DNA of 64,000 nt from assembly GCF_009914755.1 (NCBI RefSeq), contig NC_060927.1, one strand, 5' to 3'. Each line of letters begins with the position of its first letter. Positions within the stretch are counted from its first letter, which is position 1. The position numbers and the translations under genes are program-made. Under the pieces are notes generated by a model that saw nothing but the letters and a program-made list of their open reading frames with translations, was not told where the DNA came from and searched no databases. Shown here in pieces: positions 20,128 to 37,228 of the stretch. This DNA comes from the human T2T-CHM13v2.0 reference genome, Homo sapiens.

Positions 20128-20782
20128 TTATATATATAAATATATAATAATATATGTATATATACATATGTAATAATATATATACATATGTAATAATATA
20201 TATATACATATGTAATAATATATGTATATATACATATGTAATAATATATGTATATATACATATGTAATAACATATATACATATGTAATAATATATGTATA
20301 TATACATATGTAATAATATATATATGTAATAATATATGTATATATACATATGTAATAATATATATATGTAATAATATATGTATATATACATATGTAATAA
20401 TATATATACATATGTAATAATATATGTATATATACATATGTAATAATATATGTATATATACATATGTAATAATATATGTATATATACATATGTAATAATA
20501 TATGTATATATACATATGTAATAATATATGTATATATAATATATGTATATATACATATATTATAATATATGTATATATAAATAATATATGTATGTATACA
20601 CATAATATATGTATATATAAATATATAATAATATATGTATATATAAATATATTATTATATATAAAAATATATTATAATATAATAATATATTTATATAGAA
20701 ATATATTATAATATATTTATATATGTTATATAAAATATTATATATATAAATGTATAAACAAATATATATAAATATATGTTTC
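20128..20782. repeat. AT-rich minisatellite grading into TA-rich low complexity
   Basis: Main unit tatatgtatatatacatatgtaataa (26 bp) with shorter variants; almost no G/C over ~650 bp. Confidence 0.96.
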
Positions 20783-20852
20783 AATCACATTTCTCATTCA
20801 TATTTCTCAATCAACATCATTGTTGGCTATAATAGCTTGCAGTAATAGTGGG

Positions 20853-21260
20853 TGCTATGGTTTGGATGTTTGTCCCCTCTGAACCTCATGTAGAAATTTG
20901 ATTCCCAGTGTTGGAGGTGGGGTCTAATGGGAGGTGTTTGGGTCACGAGGGCCAGCCCTTGCTCCACTGAGGGAGAGTGAATTCTCACTCCATTAGTTCC
21001 CATGAGTGGTGGTTGTTCAAAAGAGCTTGGCACCTCCCCGCTTTCTTTTTCCTCCACTCTTGCCATGTGATTTCTGCACAAGCCAGCCTTCCTTCACCTT
21101 CTGCCATGACTAGAAGCAGCCTGAGGCCCTCACCAGATACAGATGCCCAATCGTTAACTTTTCAGCTATCAGAATCATGAATTAAATAAACCTTTTTTTA
21201 AAAAAATAAATTACACAGTCTCTGGTAATTCTTTACAGCAACACAAAATGAACTAAGAAA
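20853..21260 (+). mobile_element. MaLR solo LTR, MSTB-like
   Basis: tgctatggtttggatgtttgtcccctc...ggaggtgtttgggtca...gaggccctcaccagatacagatg...aaataaacc...gcaacacaaaatgaactaaga. Confidence 0.9.
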
Positions 21261-21601
21261 TTAGGATACAGTGCTGTTATTATAATATTTAACCAAAGAT
21301 CCAGAAATACCAAATTTTGTCCCAGTAGCCGCCCTTCACATAGGAGGGGTGAAACACCCATTCCTTCAGTCAACAAATATATTAAGCACCTACTATTTGC
21401 CAAGTTCTAGGGTTACAGTAATGAGCAAAACAAATCACATTGCTACTTTCACAGAATAGACATTCTAATTGGACTGACAGATCATAAACAAATATATCAA
21501 AGAAACATTTAATGTATCAGACGGCAAAAAGTACTGTGACAAAAAAAAAGTCAATTAAGGGGCTAGAAAGTAAGTGGGATATAGTGGACAGGGAAAGGTA
21601 G

Positions 21602-21968
<367 letters not shown>

Positions 21969-22074
21969 TAGGAAAGCCGTCTCTGAGAAGGTGATACTTG
22001 CATAGAGCAGAAAATAAAGTAAGAGGGCTTATGAACACAGGGGTTGGGGGTTTAAGGTGAGTTACATCTACTTT

Positions 22075-22221
22075 ATCAGATGTATAAAGTAGTCTACCAA
22101 CAGCATCATTTGAAATAAGTGTGTTCCAAGATACATTTCATCCCTATGTGTACAGTATGCATAGTGCATGCTGCAAGTGGTATTTTAAATCACTACAAAT
22201 ATGGTGAAGGAGAGATAAGAG
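22075..22221 (+). repeat. 147-bp dispersed direct duplication (derived copy) of 23473-23619
   Basis: Manual alignment: 147 bp, 7 substitutions, no indels. Confidence 0.97.
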
Positions 22222-23472
22222 TGAGGGGGAGGTAAAGAAGAGGTGCTAGGAAGCCAGGAGCTAGATTACTAAGGGCTGTGCAAAACAAGATAAATCTTTT
22301 GTATTTCATTCTAAGACAGAAACCATCGAAGTGGTTAGAGCAGAATTATAACTAGGTTTTTAAATGATCATTCTGGCTGCTGTATTAGTTGCAAAGTTGG
22401 AAACAAGGACATCAGTTAGGAAACTATTATAATAGCCCAAGCAAGAAGTGGTGATGGAGACTTGGATTAAGGTGATAAAGGTAGATGGGGTGAAAACTGG
22501 TCAGATTGTGCATAGATTTAAAGGTAGATTCAAGTGGGCTTACTTATGGATTAGATGTAGGGAGTGAAGGAAATGAAAGAATCAAAGTTGATTCAGGATT
22601 TGAAACTTAAGCACTGGAAGTATGAAAGCTTAACAGAGAATATGCTTATAACAAGAGCAAGACAAGTTTTTAATTAGTAGCGGGAATTTTGACTTCTTGG
22701 AGGACTCTATCAAGTCACTCGATTAAGAACTTAGTAGGAGAAGGAAATAACTGGCAGGAGAGAACAATGCCCAAAAGAATAAGAGTCCTTCCTATCATAG
22801 CAGCTTATCAGAGCAAGATACCAACAGAACATTTGTGGGAAACAGAGACAGCTGTTTTGGGGCACCTTCCTGTAGCCTCGTAGACAACAAATCCCTCAGG
22901 ATCAGACACCGTCAGCTACAGGTCAGAGTTAGAGATAAGGAAAATGCAGATAAAGAAAATGGAAAATCATATAATAATAGCTGATAAAACTTTGAATAGT
23001 AATAAAACCTCCCCAGGGGAACCTTTAGAAATAACTGTGGCCAAGTTTGCAGGAGGCTGGAGCTGGAGGTTTTGCACTAAGTATGGAAAAGAGCCATACA
23101 AACAGATGTTGAAGTCAATTTAATATTTATTTCACTGAAATAGGGTGTGGTTCATCTAGAATTTCTTATACGTTTCTGTGGTGTTAGAGATTTTATAAAT
23201 GAAAAATTGAAAATTGCCTCCCATATTGTCATTTTTTTGCTAGTGGAATGTTTTGGAATTATTCTTCTATATTATGATATAGAAAATGCAAGTTCTAAAG
23301 TGACACAAAATGGCATTTAAAATGTCTAAAACCTTTCTTTCCAAATGGTTTTATCAGTAAAATATACATACACCATCAATATATATTTCAACACTGCTGA
23401 AAACCAAATTGACTTCTATGTGATTTCCCTTATTTTAGTATTTCTTATGCAAGCTATTTGTGATCTTTTAGA

Positions 23473-23619
23473 ATCAGATGTATAAAGTAGTCTACCAACA
23501 GCATCATTTGAAATAAGTATGTTCTAAGATACTTTCCATCCCTGTGTGTACAGTATGCATAGAGCATGCTGCAAATGGTATTTTAAATCACTACAAATAT
23601 GGTGAAGGAGAGATAAGAG
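23473..23619 (+). repeat. 147-bp donor copy of the duplication at 22075-22221
   Basis: atcagatgtataaagtagtctacc...ggtgaaggagagataagag in otherwise unique sequence. Confidence 0.97.
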
Positions 23620-24549
23620 GATTTTCATATCATATCTAGATTCCTAGATATGATAAATGCCTCTTCTCTGAATAGAATATATCAACTGTCAGTAAGAGCT
23701 GATGATTATTTGTATAATAGAAAAGATGCATTTTGGCTTTTGTGATGCACATAGGTATTTTTCTCAATTATTCTTGCCATTTCAGCCATCATCCCAAGAA
23801 CTATCTCAGAGATAAGAAACAATGGTCATTTTCTTCCAAGAACAAAGTGAGAATTATCTTGTTTCATGATGTGATTTTTCTTTCACAGTTCTGAAAGGCT
23901 TGTTGATGTGGTTATTTGTTAAAATCTTCTTCACACCAAAGATGAAGTAAAAAAGAGAGAAAAGGGGGGAAGCCATCAATATAGTGCTACTTTCATGTTG
24001 TAAAGGAGCACTGAAGAGAAGTTAAGATCCAAATATTCAGGAGCAGTTTTAAGATCATAACTGGTGAAGTACCAAAGGAAAGACTGTTTCCATTTTCATT
24101 CACTCTGATAAGAGAAACTGAACCCCATGAGTTAGGACAGGAGGACAGATGACTTATTACAAAGCATTATTCTTTAGAGCAACCTTAGGACAATTAGGAA
24201 CCACAGTATACTAAACACGACTGCTTATATGTTTATCCTGGATGATATGCCGGTGAGCTTGTCATTGTGAAAAGAAATAGAAAGAACTATTTTTACAAAA
24301 TCTATGATTAACCCAAGGGACTTTCCACCAAATTTGTAGCTTAGCAAGGATTCTAAATGGATTTAAAAGGTAGGCAAGAATATAGCTATTGCATTTTCAT
24401 GAATAACCCTTAAAGGCTGCAATTGACATGAAATAACAATATTTCTTCTCTTTCTTTCCAAGTACTAGCACTACTTTCTAGCTGAGGGGAGAATTTCAGC
24501 GAGATACAAGTAGCAGACTCCTTGAGTGAAACTTGGAATATAATTACTA

Positions 24550-24655
24550 CTATAGTAGGGAGCTTTTTGGTCTTGTTCATCACTGTATCTATAGTACATA
24601 GCACAGTGTCTGGTACATATTAGGAGCTCAACAAATATATTTAATACATGATTGA
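24550..24655 (+). mobile_element. L2 3'-end fragment
   Basis: gtcttgttcatcactgtatc...gcacagtgtctggtacatattaggagctcaacaaatat. Confidence 0.75.
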
Positions 24656-24865
24656 GCCTATTTGGGAAAACCATACTTGTTTCCACAGCTGCTAATGCAA
24701 GATATATGACTTGAATCCCTAATGTATGGGAATGAGCCAAAAGGAAAGATCATCCAGAAGTGTTGGAGTAACTTTATTCAGGGTCAATTAAAGAACTTCC
24801 TGTGATCTCATTTGAAAAGTAAAATTAATTACAGGAATGGGTGTTTACAGTTTAAATCTTTGACT

Positions 24866-25459
24866 CTCTAGCATGTACTGTTTGTGTCCCATCCATACTC
24901 CCTTGGACTATAACCACTGTAGTCCACGCTAGTCTCCAACTACCAACATCTTCATCTCTTTGCTAAAGGGCTCGTCTAGCTGGCAGAACCAGAGCTAACT
25001 TCATGGGTGTATGACCAGTGCAGCCACCCAGGGCCCTGTACTCAAAAGTGGGTACGACATGCTTGAGGTTTGATTCTCTGCATTTGCTGTATTGAAATTC
25101 TTACAGTTTATCTTTGAACCTTCGTTCTGTAAGAGAAGTTCAATAGGACAATAGAACTGCACAGGGGGCTTGGAGCCACCACTTCTGCACACTCCCTGCT
25201 CCTGCTGCTTCCCTGCCTATTCCCTACCCAGACCCAGTGACTTCTGCTACCCTCCTACCATAGAGGGCGCCTGGACACAAGTTATGATGAGAGTCAGGGT
25301 TAGACACATGTGTGCAGCATACCCTATGTGCCCAATTTTGGGACAAAATGGGGTAGGGACCAGCCAACTATAAGGATCTGCACTTTCCCTGCATGTATCT
25401 ACATGCCAGAGGGAGCACGACATTAAAGAGTAAACACACACTGTGTGAGTGTGTGTGTA

Positions 25460-25490
<31 letters not shown>

Positions 25491-25945
25491 AGAGAGAGAG
25501 ACAGGGAGAGAGAGAGGCAGAGAAATAGCAAAAGCCTTTTTCCACAAGGGATCTCACATTCTCATTTTGATTTTGCTCTGAGCCACAAAAATCCTGTAGT
25601 TGACCCTGAGTGGAACTCTCTCTGCCCATACACATGGCAGACCAGTAGTGCCAGAGAATCAATTCCCACCCTCCTCACCCTACCCTTAACTAGTGACTGG
25701 TTGTTGGAGTTAGTGGGAGAATTTTTGAGGCACATGTTCTACATTGGCTCCAGTGTTCTCCGGCAGGATGAAGCTCCTTCTATCCTCAGTGGTAACTTGC
25801 ATGATGATGCACTCTATTGGCTGCCTTCCCTTCTCTATCTCTCTTCCTCACTTCTCTACTGGTTTTTCCTGAAATCAGGTCTCAAGTAAACCACTTGGAC
25901 TTGAATCCTTTTCTCAGGGTCTGTTTCTGGAGAAACTCAATATAA
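24866..25945 (+). mobile_element. ERVL solo LTR, LTR16A-like, split by a MER45 insertion
   Basis: Left part ctccaactaccaacatcttcatctctttgctaaagggct; right part catggcagaccagtagtgccagagaat...agtggtaacttgcatgat...gtaaaccacttggacttgaatcc...ctcagggtctgtttctggagaaactcaa. Confidence 0.72.
24990..25608 (+). mobile_element. MER45 long variant (hAT-Tip100) containing a (TG)n(GA)n microsatellite at ~25442-25520
   Basis: MER45 left end cagagctaacttcatgggtgtatgaccagtgcagcc...cagggccc; right end cattctcattttg...ctgagccacaaaaatcctgtagttgaccctg; degenerate 8-bp TSD ggcagaac / agtggaac. Confidence 0.78.
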
Positions 25946-27124
25946 TATAGATTCATAAGCCAAAATTTGAGAGACATTTCTAATACCCTTGACAACTTGA
26001 AAAATAAATTTCTCCAGTATAGTGGGTCCTTTCCTCCTCAGTCTTCTAATTCAAAGGCTTAGAGTTTGTATTTTTGTTTATCTTTTAGTATGTGGAACAC
26101 AAAATCAAACTTCATTTTTTCCCTTTATTTTACCCCCTGGTCTGAATGAACAGGGTTTGAGTCTCCCAAGGTTCCTCCCCACTCTATAATTCAGTGAATA
26201 TTCTGGTCTCTCTCTACAAGAAATGAAAAAGTTGCCCTATACCTAGTACCAGTAAACATAATAAAATTTTCTATGGATTTCTGAATTCTGTATGGAGGTG
26301 TTTGTTTTTGTTAAATATGACCCTCAAATTACAAACAACCTACACAATATATTTCTGAACCTTTGTTCTTGAAAACAAATACAGTATGTTCCATTGAATC
26401 TGTAAATGCAACTTCAACATTTCTTTCCAGATTTGGGTAAGAAGTCGGAAATGATATAAAGGTATAGGGGGTGTGGGTTTTTTTTTGAGATGAAAATATG
26501 TTTTATACTTAATTTTTTTAAGTTTTAAATCTTTATTTTAGAATATTTAACACTAAGGAAGTTGATTTTTAAAAAAATTATATATGCTCAAGCACTACTT
26601 CTTACTCCTGATGTGAAAGGGAAAGATTAGAGGATGTTGACAGGGTCTTGGTTAGACATCCCATTTGGGGAGTTGCCTTGGAAGAAAAAATAATAATATG
26701 ATGCTAAAACTTAAAATATTAATTGCTACTTGCTGCTTCTTCCCTCCAATGATTCATGGTCTTTTGGTTAAAAGTAACTGCAATCACTAATAAAAAGAGC
26801 CCATTTCTTGCCATGTTTCAGACCTAATAAATGGAGGATGAATAAAACCAAACTAGGGCTGCTAAGAAATATTCTAGATCATCTCCTAACATAAGTACTT
26901 GATGTAAACATCAACCACTCTAGGTACAAACCTAACTACTAGGCCTTTTGACTGATCTGTCTGTTCTGCCTATCTACCTGGTTCTTCCATTCTTACCCTC
27001 CTTTCTACCTATCCCACTACACTGTACCAATTCCTTGTCCTGATGCAAAGTTCACACATTCATATATTCACTCTTTGAACAATAATTAGTTGATAACCTA
27101 TTATGGAATATGGTGATCTACAAT

Positions 27125-27402
27125 TCAAGTAAAAACATGGTCTGCAGAATGGCAGCACCAACGTCACCTGAAAGTTTGTTAGAGGTACAAATTTCTAGTC
27201 CCCACCTCACACCAACTGAATCAGAATCTCTGAAGGTGGGACCCAGGAATTTTTGTAACTAGCTGCCCATGGAATTCCTATGTAACTAAGGTCTGAGAAA
27301 CATGTCTGGATCTAGATTGGGGCCCAAGAATTTGCATTTCTAATAAGCTTTCAGGAAATGTCGATGCTGCTAGTCCAGGGACCCCACTTTGAGAACCACC
27401 AA
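27125..27402. mobile_element. Adjacent MER5-family MITEs (one near-complete, one partial)
   Basis: cagcaccaacgtcacctgaaagtttgttaga...actgaatcagaatctctg...gggacccaggaat; ggggcccaagaatttgcatttctaataagc...gatgctgctagtccagggaccccactttgagaaccac. Confidence 0.8.
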
Positions 27403-27810
27403 TCTAGAAATTTAAGTTCTTTTCCCTGTTACTCAACAACAGCCTATATCTAAATCTCCCCAAATTATTTTTTATCCTCATTCTCTACTTTTCCAAACTA
27501 AACACAAGTTTGTCGGAAAGTTTGAGGCCCAACTTGTGAACTCAAAGCCTTTCAAATTTGGTAGCAATACACAACAACTGCCACTGTACCCTGTTAGTAT
27601 TATCTCCCTCATTATCTTCATTTTTGCTTCACATGCTTTATCAGAAAACCTCACAGCATGTTGAATTGCGTACAACTTTGAGTTAGATTGTACAGGCCTA
27701 AGCTATAAATTTACATTAACTAGGTAATTTTGAACAAGTCACTTAAGATTTCTGAAGTTCATTTCCTTATCTGCACAATGAAAATGACATGGGTTGGAAG
27801 AGATTATGTA

Positions 27811-28044
27811 CAGTCATCCATGTGGAGGATTGTTAGTTCCAGAGTAATCCCCATATAACCAAATCCATGCATACTTAAATCCTACAGTTGACTCCCTACA
27901 ACCCGTGTATATGAAAAGTCAGTCCTCCATATACTTGGGTTGCATCTGAGAATACTGTATTTTCAGTCTGCATTTGGTTAGACAAAAAGAACACATACAA
28001 GCATGTCCACACAGCTCAAACCCATATTGTTCAAAAGTCAGCTC
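27811..28044. mobile_element. MER8-like Tigger MITE inserted in a MIR relic (~27675-28100)
   Basis: ta|cagtcatcc...aaatccatgcatacttaa...gtgtatatgaaaagtcagtcctccatatac...gaatactgtattttc...ctcaaacccatattgttcaaaagtcagct. Confidence 0.8.
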
Positions 28045-28893
28045 TATTTGAAATAAGCTATCAACAAGGTCTGACTTACAGTAGTTGCTCAATAAATATG
28101 ATTTAAATTTTTATATCACAACCTTTTTCTCTTTCTTTAATATCATCTGATACCAGGTAATGATATGAGGATGATTTTTGTTACTTTTAAAATTTGATTT
28201 AACTTTACCCTCTATATTTTATTCCTCCTTCATTTTGGTGACCTCTAAGAAGTATAAAATACATTTCTTTTGATTTAAAAAATATCTGAAGTTTTAAAAA
28301 CTACAACAGACTGTAATAGAATGTCACAGTGGTTGTTCTAATGTTCAGTTTTCTATATTTTCTTGTCATTTGATGCCAAATAAAAGTCATAGCTAAATAT
28401 ACCTTAAAATTTCTCATTAGAAAAAATAGCTTCAACATTGACTAAGCCATTTATCCAAGTACCTGAAATCCCTTTATAGGCATTAGCTAATTAAGTTTTA
28501 AGACACCTTCATCAGTAAAGTAAGAATTAGAACACCTAGACTAAAACCACATAGGGTAGTTTAAGAAATAGGGGCTTATACTATATCAATCAAAGTAAAC
28601 TGAACAGATTACAGCACAGCCAGTCTGTATATTCTCATCATTTTGATAACTGAAAAGAGGTTTGAAAACTTTTGATCTCTGAGAATCATTTGAAAAGAAT
28701 TTTTAAAATCATGTTTATATAAAAGCGATGCAATATGTATGCTTATAAAAATCAAATAGTACTGAAAAAGTTATAATGAATATATCAACCATTTTTCTCC
28801 ATATCTCTCCAACACCAGATTCCATTCCCTAAAGATAATCTCTTTTTAATACAAGCTGCTGCATTTATAAATAATATGTTTATATTGCTATTC

Positions 28894-29180
28894 TTTTTTT
28901 AGTGACAGTGTCTTGCTCTGTTATTCAGGCTGGAATGCAGTGACACCACCACAGCTCCCTACAGCCTCAACCTCCCAGGCTCAAGCGATTCTCACACCTC
29001 AGCCTCCCAAGCAACTGAGAACACAGCCAAGCCACCAAGCCTGGCTAATTTTTTTATTTTTTGCAGAGATCAAGTCCCACTGTGTTGTCTAGGCTGATCT
29101 CCAAAGCCTAGGCTCAAACCTTCCTCCCAACACATCCTCTCAAGTGCTGGGGTTACAGGCGTGAGCCATCACGTGCAGCC
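28894..29180 (-). mobile_element. AluJ
   Basis: Diverged reverse-complement Alu with J-type features (cagcctcaacctcccaggctcaagcgat); perfect 15-bp TSD tatattgctattctt at 28881-28895 and 29181-29195. Confidence 0.93.
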
Positions 29181-29704
29181 TATATTGCTATTCTTGATTT
29201 ACCAATGTTAGACACTATTTATGTCTTTCTCTAATATGTGAGGATTTAGCTGTTACAACACAGCCACAACCTCTCTCCAATTCCTTCCAATATATTTATA
29301 TAATTTTTAGTTAAGTAACCTAACAGTGTTTATATTTCGAAGATACATAAATATCACTGCAGTCAAGTAGTTGGACCCTCACCCAAGCAGTTTTACTATA
29401 GTTATTTCTTACACAGTTTTTCGGTTTGTTTCTGGAATTCCTAATTATTTCACTTTACTCTTATATATTATTTCTTAAAGTCATTCTTACTTTTTTTTTT
29501 CTGAAGTCTCATCATATCATGTATTTATAAAATGAGTCCTGTCTCTCCCCACCCCTAATCACAGAAAGTTTCTATCTCAACTTGCTGCTTCATTTGGGGC
29601 TGCTGCTCTCCAAACCTGCTGCATAGGTATCCTGTGACTATCCTTGACTACTCTTCTGGCTTGCAGCAACAATTTCCTAGATTTCATGTCTTCCTATCTC
29701 CTGA

Positions 29705-31143
<1,439 letters not shown>

Positions 31144-32048
31144 GGGGAGGAGCCAAGATGGCCGAATAGGAACAGCTCCGGTCTACAGCTCCCAGCGTGA
31201 GCGACGCAGAAGACGGGTGATTTCTGCATTTCCATCTGAGGTACCGGGTTCATCTCACTAGGGAGTGCCAGACAGTGGGCGCAGGCCAGTGGGTGCGCAC
31301 ACCGTGCGCGAGCCGAAGCAGGGCGAGGCATTGCCTCACCTGGGAAGCGCAAGGGGTCAGGGAGTTCCCTTTCCGAGTCAAAGAAAGGGGTGACGGACGC
31401 ACCTGGAAAATCGAGTCACTCCCACCCGAATATTGCGCTTTTCAGACTGGCTTAAAAAACGGCGCACCACGGGACTATATCCCACACCTGGCTCGGAGGG
31501 TCCTACGCCCACGGAGTCTCGCTGATTGCTAGCACAGCAGTCTGAGATCAAACTGCAAGGCGGCAGCGAGGCTGGGGGACGGGCGCCCGCCATTGCCCAG
31601 GCTTGCTTAGGTAAACGAAGCAGCCAGGAAGCTCCAACTGGGTGGAGCCCACCACAGCTCAAGGAGGCCTGCCTGCCTCTGTAGGCTCCACCTCTGGGGG
31701 CAGGGCACAGACAAACAAAAAGACAGCAGGAACCTCTGCAGACTTAAATGTCCCTGTCTGACAGCTTTGAAGAGAGCAGTGGTTCTCCCAGTACGCAGCT
31801 GGAGATCTGAGAATGGGCAGACTGCCTCCTCAAGTGGGTCCCTGACCCCTGACCCCCGAGCAGCCTAACTCAGAGGCACCCCCCAGCAGGGGCACACTGA
31901 CACCTCACACGGCAGGGTATTCCAACAGACATGCAGCTGAGGGTCCTGTCTGTTAGAAGGAAAACTAACAAACAGAAAGGACATCCACACCAAAAACCCA
32001 TCTGTACATCACCATCATCAAAGACAAAAAGTAGATAAAACCACAAAG
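31144..32048 (+). promoter_or_regulatory. L1 5' UTR internal sense promoter / antisense promoter, CpG island, intact YY1 site
   Basis: caagatggccg YY1 motif at the 5' end; high retained CpG density; length matches L1PA2/L1HS-type UTRs. Promoter activity is inferred from family knowledge. Confidence 0.85.
31378..31593 (-). CDS. L1 ORF0 (71 aa, antisense, primate-specific)
   Basis: ATG at 31593-31591; MAGARPPASLPPCSLISDCCASNQRDSVGVGPSEPGVG...FSRCVRHPFL*; 216 nt, open. Confidence 0.85.
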   Translation of the reverse strand: MAGARPPASLPPCSLISDCCASNQRDSVGVGPSEPGVGYSPVVRRFLSQSEKRNIRVGVTRFSRCVRHPFL

Positions 32049-33065
32049 ATGGGGAAAAAACAGAACAGAAAAACTGGAAACTCTAAAATGCAGAGCACCT
32101 CTCCTCCTCCAAAGGAATGCAGTTCCTCACCAGCAACGGAACAAAGCTGGATGGAGAATGACTTTGACGAGCTGAGAGAAGAAGGCTTCAGACGATCAAA
32201 TTACTCTGAGCTACGGGAGGACATTCAAACCAAAGGCAAAGAAGTTGAAAACTTTGAAAAAAATTTAGAAGAATGTATAACTAGAATAACCAATACAGAG
32301 AAGTGCTTAAAGGAGCTCATGGAGCTGAAAACCAAGGCTCGAGAACTACGTGAAGAATGCAGAAGCCTCAGGAGCCGATGCGATCAACTGGAAGAAAGGG
32401 TATCAGCAATGGAAGATGAAATGAATGAAATGAAGCGAGAAGGGAAGTTTAGAGAAAAAAGAATAAAAAGAAACGAGCAAAGCCTCCAAGAAATATGGGA
32501 CTATGTGAAAAGACCAAAGCTACGTCTGATTGGTGTACCTGAAAGTGATGCGGAGAATGGAACCAAGTTGGAAAACACTCTGCAGGATATTATCCAGGAG
32601 AACTTCCCCAATCTAGCAAGGCAGGCCAACATTCAGATTCAGGAAATACAGAGAACGCCACAAAGATATTCCTCGAGAAGAGCAACTCCAAGACACATAA
32701 TTGTCAGATTCACCAAAGTTGAAATGAAGGAAAAAATGTTAAGGGCAGCCAGAAAGAAAGGTCGGGTTACCCTCAAAGGGAAGCCCATCAGACTAACAGC
32801 GGATCTCTCGGCAGAAACCCTACAAGCCAGAAGAGAGTGGGGGCCAATATTCAACATTCTTAAAGAAAAGAATTTTCAACCCAGAATTTCATATCCAGCC
32901 AAACTAAGCTTCATAAGTGAAGGAGAAATAAAATACTTTACAGACAAGCAAATGCTGAGAGATTTTGTCACCACCAGGCCTGCCCTAAAAGAGCTCCTGA
33001 AGGAAGCGCTAAACATGGAAACGAACAACCGGTACCAGCCGCTGCAAAATCATGCCAAAATGTAA
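32049..33065 (+). CDS. L1 ORF1p (338 aa, RNA-binding/chaperone), open frame
   Basis: MGKKQNRKTGNSK...QARREW...YPAKLS...QNHAKM*; canonical length. Confidence 0.96.
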   Translation: MGKKQNRKTGNSKMQSTSPPPKECSSSPATEQSWMENDFDELREEGFRRSNYSELREDIQTKGKEVENFEKNLEECITRITNTEKCLKELMELKTKARELREECRSLRSRCDQLEERVSAMEDEMNEMKREGKFREKRIKRNEQSLQEIWDYVKRPKLRLIGVPESDAENGTKLENTLQDIIQENFPNLARQANIQIQEIQRTPQRYSSRRATPRHIIVRFTKVEMKEKMLRAARKKGRVTLKGKPIRLTADLSAETLQARREWGPIFNILKEKNFQPRISYPAKLSFISEGEIKYFTDKQMLRDFVTTRPALKELLKEALNMETNNRYQPLQNHAKM

Positions 33066-33101
33066 AGACCATCGAGACTAGGAAGAAACTGCATCAACTA
33101 A

Positions 33102-36957
<3,856 letters not shown>

Positions 36958-37171
36958 ACAATGAGATCACCTGGACACATGAAGGGGAATATCACACTCT
37001 GGGGACTGTGGTGGGGTGGGGGGAGGGGGGAGGGATAGCATTGGGAGATATACCTAAGGCTAGATGACGAGTTAGTGGGTGCAGCGCACCAGCATGGCAC
37101 ATGTATACATATGTAACTAACCTGCACAATGTGCACATGTACCCTAAAACTTAAAGTATAAAAAAAAAAAA

Positions 37172-37228
37172 GTGTCAGACATGATACAAGATGATTTAAA
37201 TAAAAGACCTCTTTAAATAAAAAAAAAA
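37172..37228 (+). other. L1 3' transduction (47 bp) plus second poly(A)
   Basis: Non-L1 sequence between the L1 poly(A) and a second A-run, with AATAAA at 37199-37204, all inside the TSD. Confidence 0.88.

Noticed and set aside
20106-20784. Several 70-165 aa Y/I/H/T-rich ORFs
   Set aside because: Translation artefacts of the AT minisatellite.
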